Shown here: positions 57,297-58,602 of the stretch, piece after piece
How positions within the stretch are numbered: position 1 is the stretch's first letter
Layout: each line of letters begins with the position of its first letter
DNA from: a virus
Taxonomy: Duplodnaviria; Caudoviricetes
DNA length: 58,602 nucleotides
IMG/VR virus record: IMGVR_UViG_3300030380_005307
Coordinates: 1-58,602 of that record
Strand: one strand, 5' to 3'
Made by a program: the position numbers and the translations under genes
The notes under the pieces: model-generated
Database searches by the model: none
What the model was told of the DNA's origin: nothing
Seen by the model: only the letters and a program-made list of their open reading frames with translations

Positions 57297-57341
57297 TTGT
57301 AATATTCAATATCTTTACACAAAGTTATAAAATTAAATCTA

Positions 57342-57794
57342 ATGAATATTTCGAGAAAAAGAGACTATCTAAAGTACTGGCGAGTTATAAGATACTTTGT
57401 CATGAGAAAATATAAAGTCAATACACAAGAACTTGACATGCTATTATTTTTATATAGTGAAGAATATTTTAACGTAGACAAATTTCAAGAGTTTAATAAC
57501 CTTTTGGGATGGAACAAAAATAGATTTAACAAGCTCAAGCAAGAAGGTTGGATTGAAGTTATTCGGCCTTACAACAGAAGAGAAAGAAAGAAAGCGCTTT
57601 ACGGATTGTCATTTAAAGCCGTTCGAATGTTAGGATCTATTTACGACAAATTGGATGGTGGAATGATACCTACTCACAAATCAAACAATCCTATGTTTTT
57701 AGCTAATGTTGGATTTAGTGACAAAGTATACAGAAAACAAATACTGAAAATGAACGAGGCTATTCGACAAGAACAATGTCATTCTCTCGAATAA
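57342..57794 (+). CDS. Putative winged-helix (MarR-like) regulator
   Basis: ELDMLLFLY...L.QEGWI....Y.LS.KA pattern; lone divergent gene. Confidence 0.5.
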   Translation: MNISRKRDYLKYWRVIRYFVMRKYKVNTQELDMLLFLYSEEYFNVDKFQEFNNLLGWNKNRFNKLKQEGWIEVIRPYNRRERKKALYGLSFKAVRMLGSIYDKLDGGMIPTHKSNNPMFLANVGFSDKVYRKQILKMNEAIRQEQCHSLE

Positions 57795-58017
57795 TTGTGT
57801 AGGGCTCATCGTGAATAAGCATAGTATATCCCGCGCGCTTATCGTAATATATAATACTATCCTTCTTTATGGGTATAACATCGTTACCTACTTCAACGAT
57901 CCTCCCCTTTTTATACCTAAGCTGGTTCGCATCTTCAGCAGAAAGAAGAAGTCCAGAAGAGGTTTTTAGTTCCTCCTCGATTGTTTTAATTACAACATAT
58001 TTCCCTATTGGCCTCAT
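57760..58017 (-). CDS. groES: Co-chaperonin GroES
   Basis: MRPIGKYVVI...TSSGLLL...G.IVEVG...IIRENDIV; ATGA-coupled to groEL. Confidence 0.92.
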   Translation of the reverse strand: MRPIGKYVVIKTIEEELKTSSGLLLSAEDANQLRYKKGRIVEVGNDVIPIKKDSIIYYDKRAGYTMLIHDEPYTIIRENDIVLVE

Positions 58018-58602
58018 GAGTTGTCAATTGTACGTGCCATAGTAACAATAGCATTTGTTGATAGTATCGTGGTTGCAACAGACACGGCATTTTGAAGAGC
58101 CGAACGTGTAACCTTCAAAGGATCTATAATCCCCATCTCAATCATGTCCCCAGTTTTCCCAGATTTTACGTCTAACCCTTGACCAACCTTCGCTGTATCA
58201 TGATAAATATTGTTTGGTAACCAATCAATTCCAGCGTTATCTAGTATTTGATTTAAAGGCGCTTCAAGCGCCTCCATCATTATCGCGTAAGCGATCGATT
58301 TTTTATTTTCATTTCTTATATCCTCGGCTGCCTCCCACAGCGCAAGGCCTCCTCCTGGAAGAATGCCTTCAACTAGAGCAGATCTTACAGCACATACTGC
58401 GTCGTCTACTCGATCATACAGTTCTTTCTGCTCTAAGTCAGTATTCCCGCCGACATAGATTACGCCTACACCGCCTGTGAGGGAAGCGATGCGAGACATG
58501 ATAAAATCTTTGTCGGCTTTTTTCTTTGTTATTTTATGTGCTTCCCATAGCTCATTTACCCTTTTTTCAATATCATCCATGCTTACTTTGTCTTCATCTT
58601 TG
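58014..58602 (-). CDS. groEL: Chaperonin GroEL, C-terminal part
   Basis: RIASLTGGVGVIYVGG.T..E.KE..DRVDDA, EGILPGGG and GIIDPLKVTRSALQNA motifs. Confidence 0.96.
   Translation of the reverse strand, partial: KDEDKVSMDDIEKRVNELWEAHKITKKKADKDFIMSRIASLTGGVGVIYVGGNTDLEQKELYDRVDDAVCAVRSALVEGILPGGGLALWEAAEDIRNENKKSIAYAIMMEALEAPLNQILDNAGIDWLPNNIYHDTAKVGQGLDVKSGKTGDMIEMGIIDPLKVTRSALQNAVSVATTILSTNAIVTMARTIDNS

Noticed and set aside
16330-58602. Stop-codon reassignment as in some crAss-like phages
   Set aside because: Long genes are intact under the standard code, and TAA, TAG and TGA all terminate genes.

Overview
Apparently complete, circularly assembled genome (~58.5 kb) of a tailed dsDNA phage with podovirus-like organisation. 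The first 98 bp recur at the end, and groEL reads through the join. The host is very probably a Bacteroidota (flavobacteria-like) bacterium: many TAnnTTTG -7 promoter elements sit just upstream of genes, and leaders are A-rich with no Shine-Dalgarno sequence. The + strand (2.3-16.1 kb) carries early genes (ArdC, many small ORFs) and recombination/replication genes (ERF, PD-(D/E)XK exonuclease, SSB-like, primase-helicase, SF2 helicase, HtrL-like glycosyltransferase, VRR-NUC). The - strand carries GroEL/GroES, small basic proteins, tail fibres, lysis genes, a tandem-GroES protein, terminase, portal, scaffold, capsid, tail and ejection proteins. I recognised no DNA polymerase, RNA polymerase, integrase, true tRNA or CRISPR array. 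The two strongest candidate new systems are: (1) a GT60-type polypeptide GlcNAc-transferase placed between two tail-module genes carrying the genome's only long Pro/Thr mucin-like linkers, suggesting virion O-glycosylation; and (2) four related structured RNA spacers in the early operon, three being tRNA-elbow mimics and one carrying a complete type III hammerhead ribozyme, suggesting mRNA processing. Also notable are two homologous origin-like regions, a GATC-rich leading region, a split tail nozzle gene and a 26-aa CDGSH peptide. All protein calls come from motif recognition by eye; no database searches were run.
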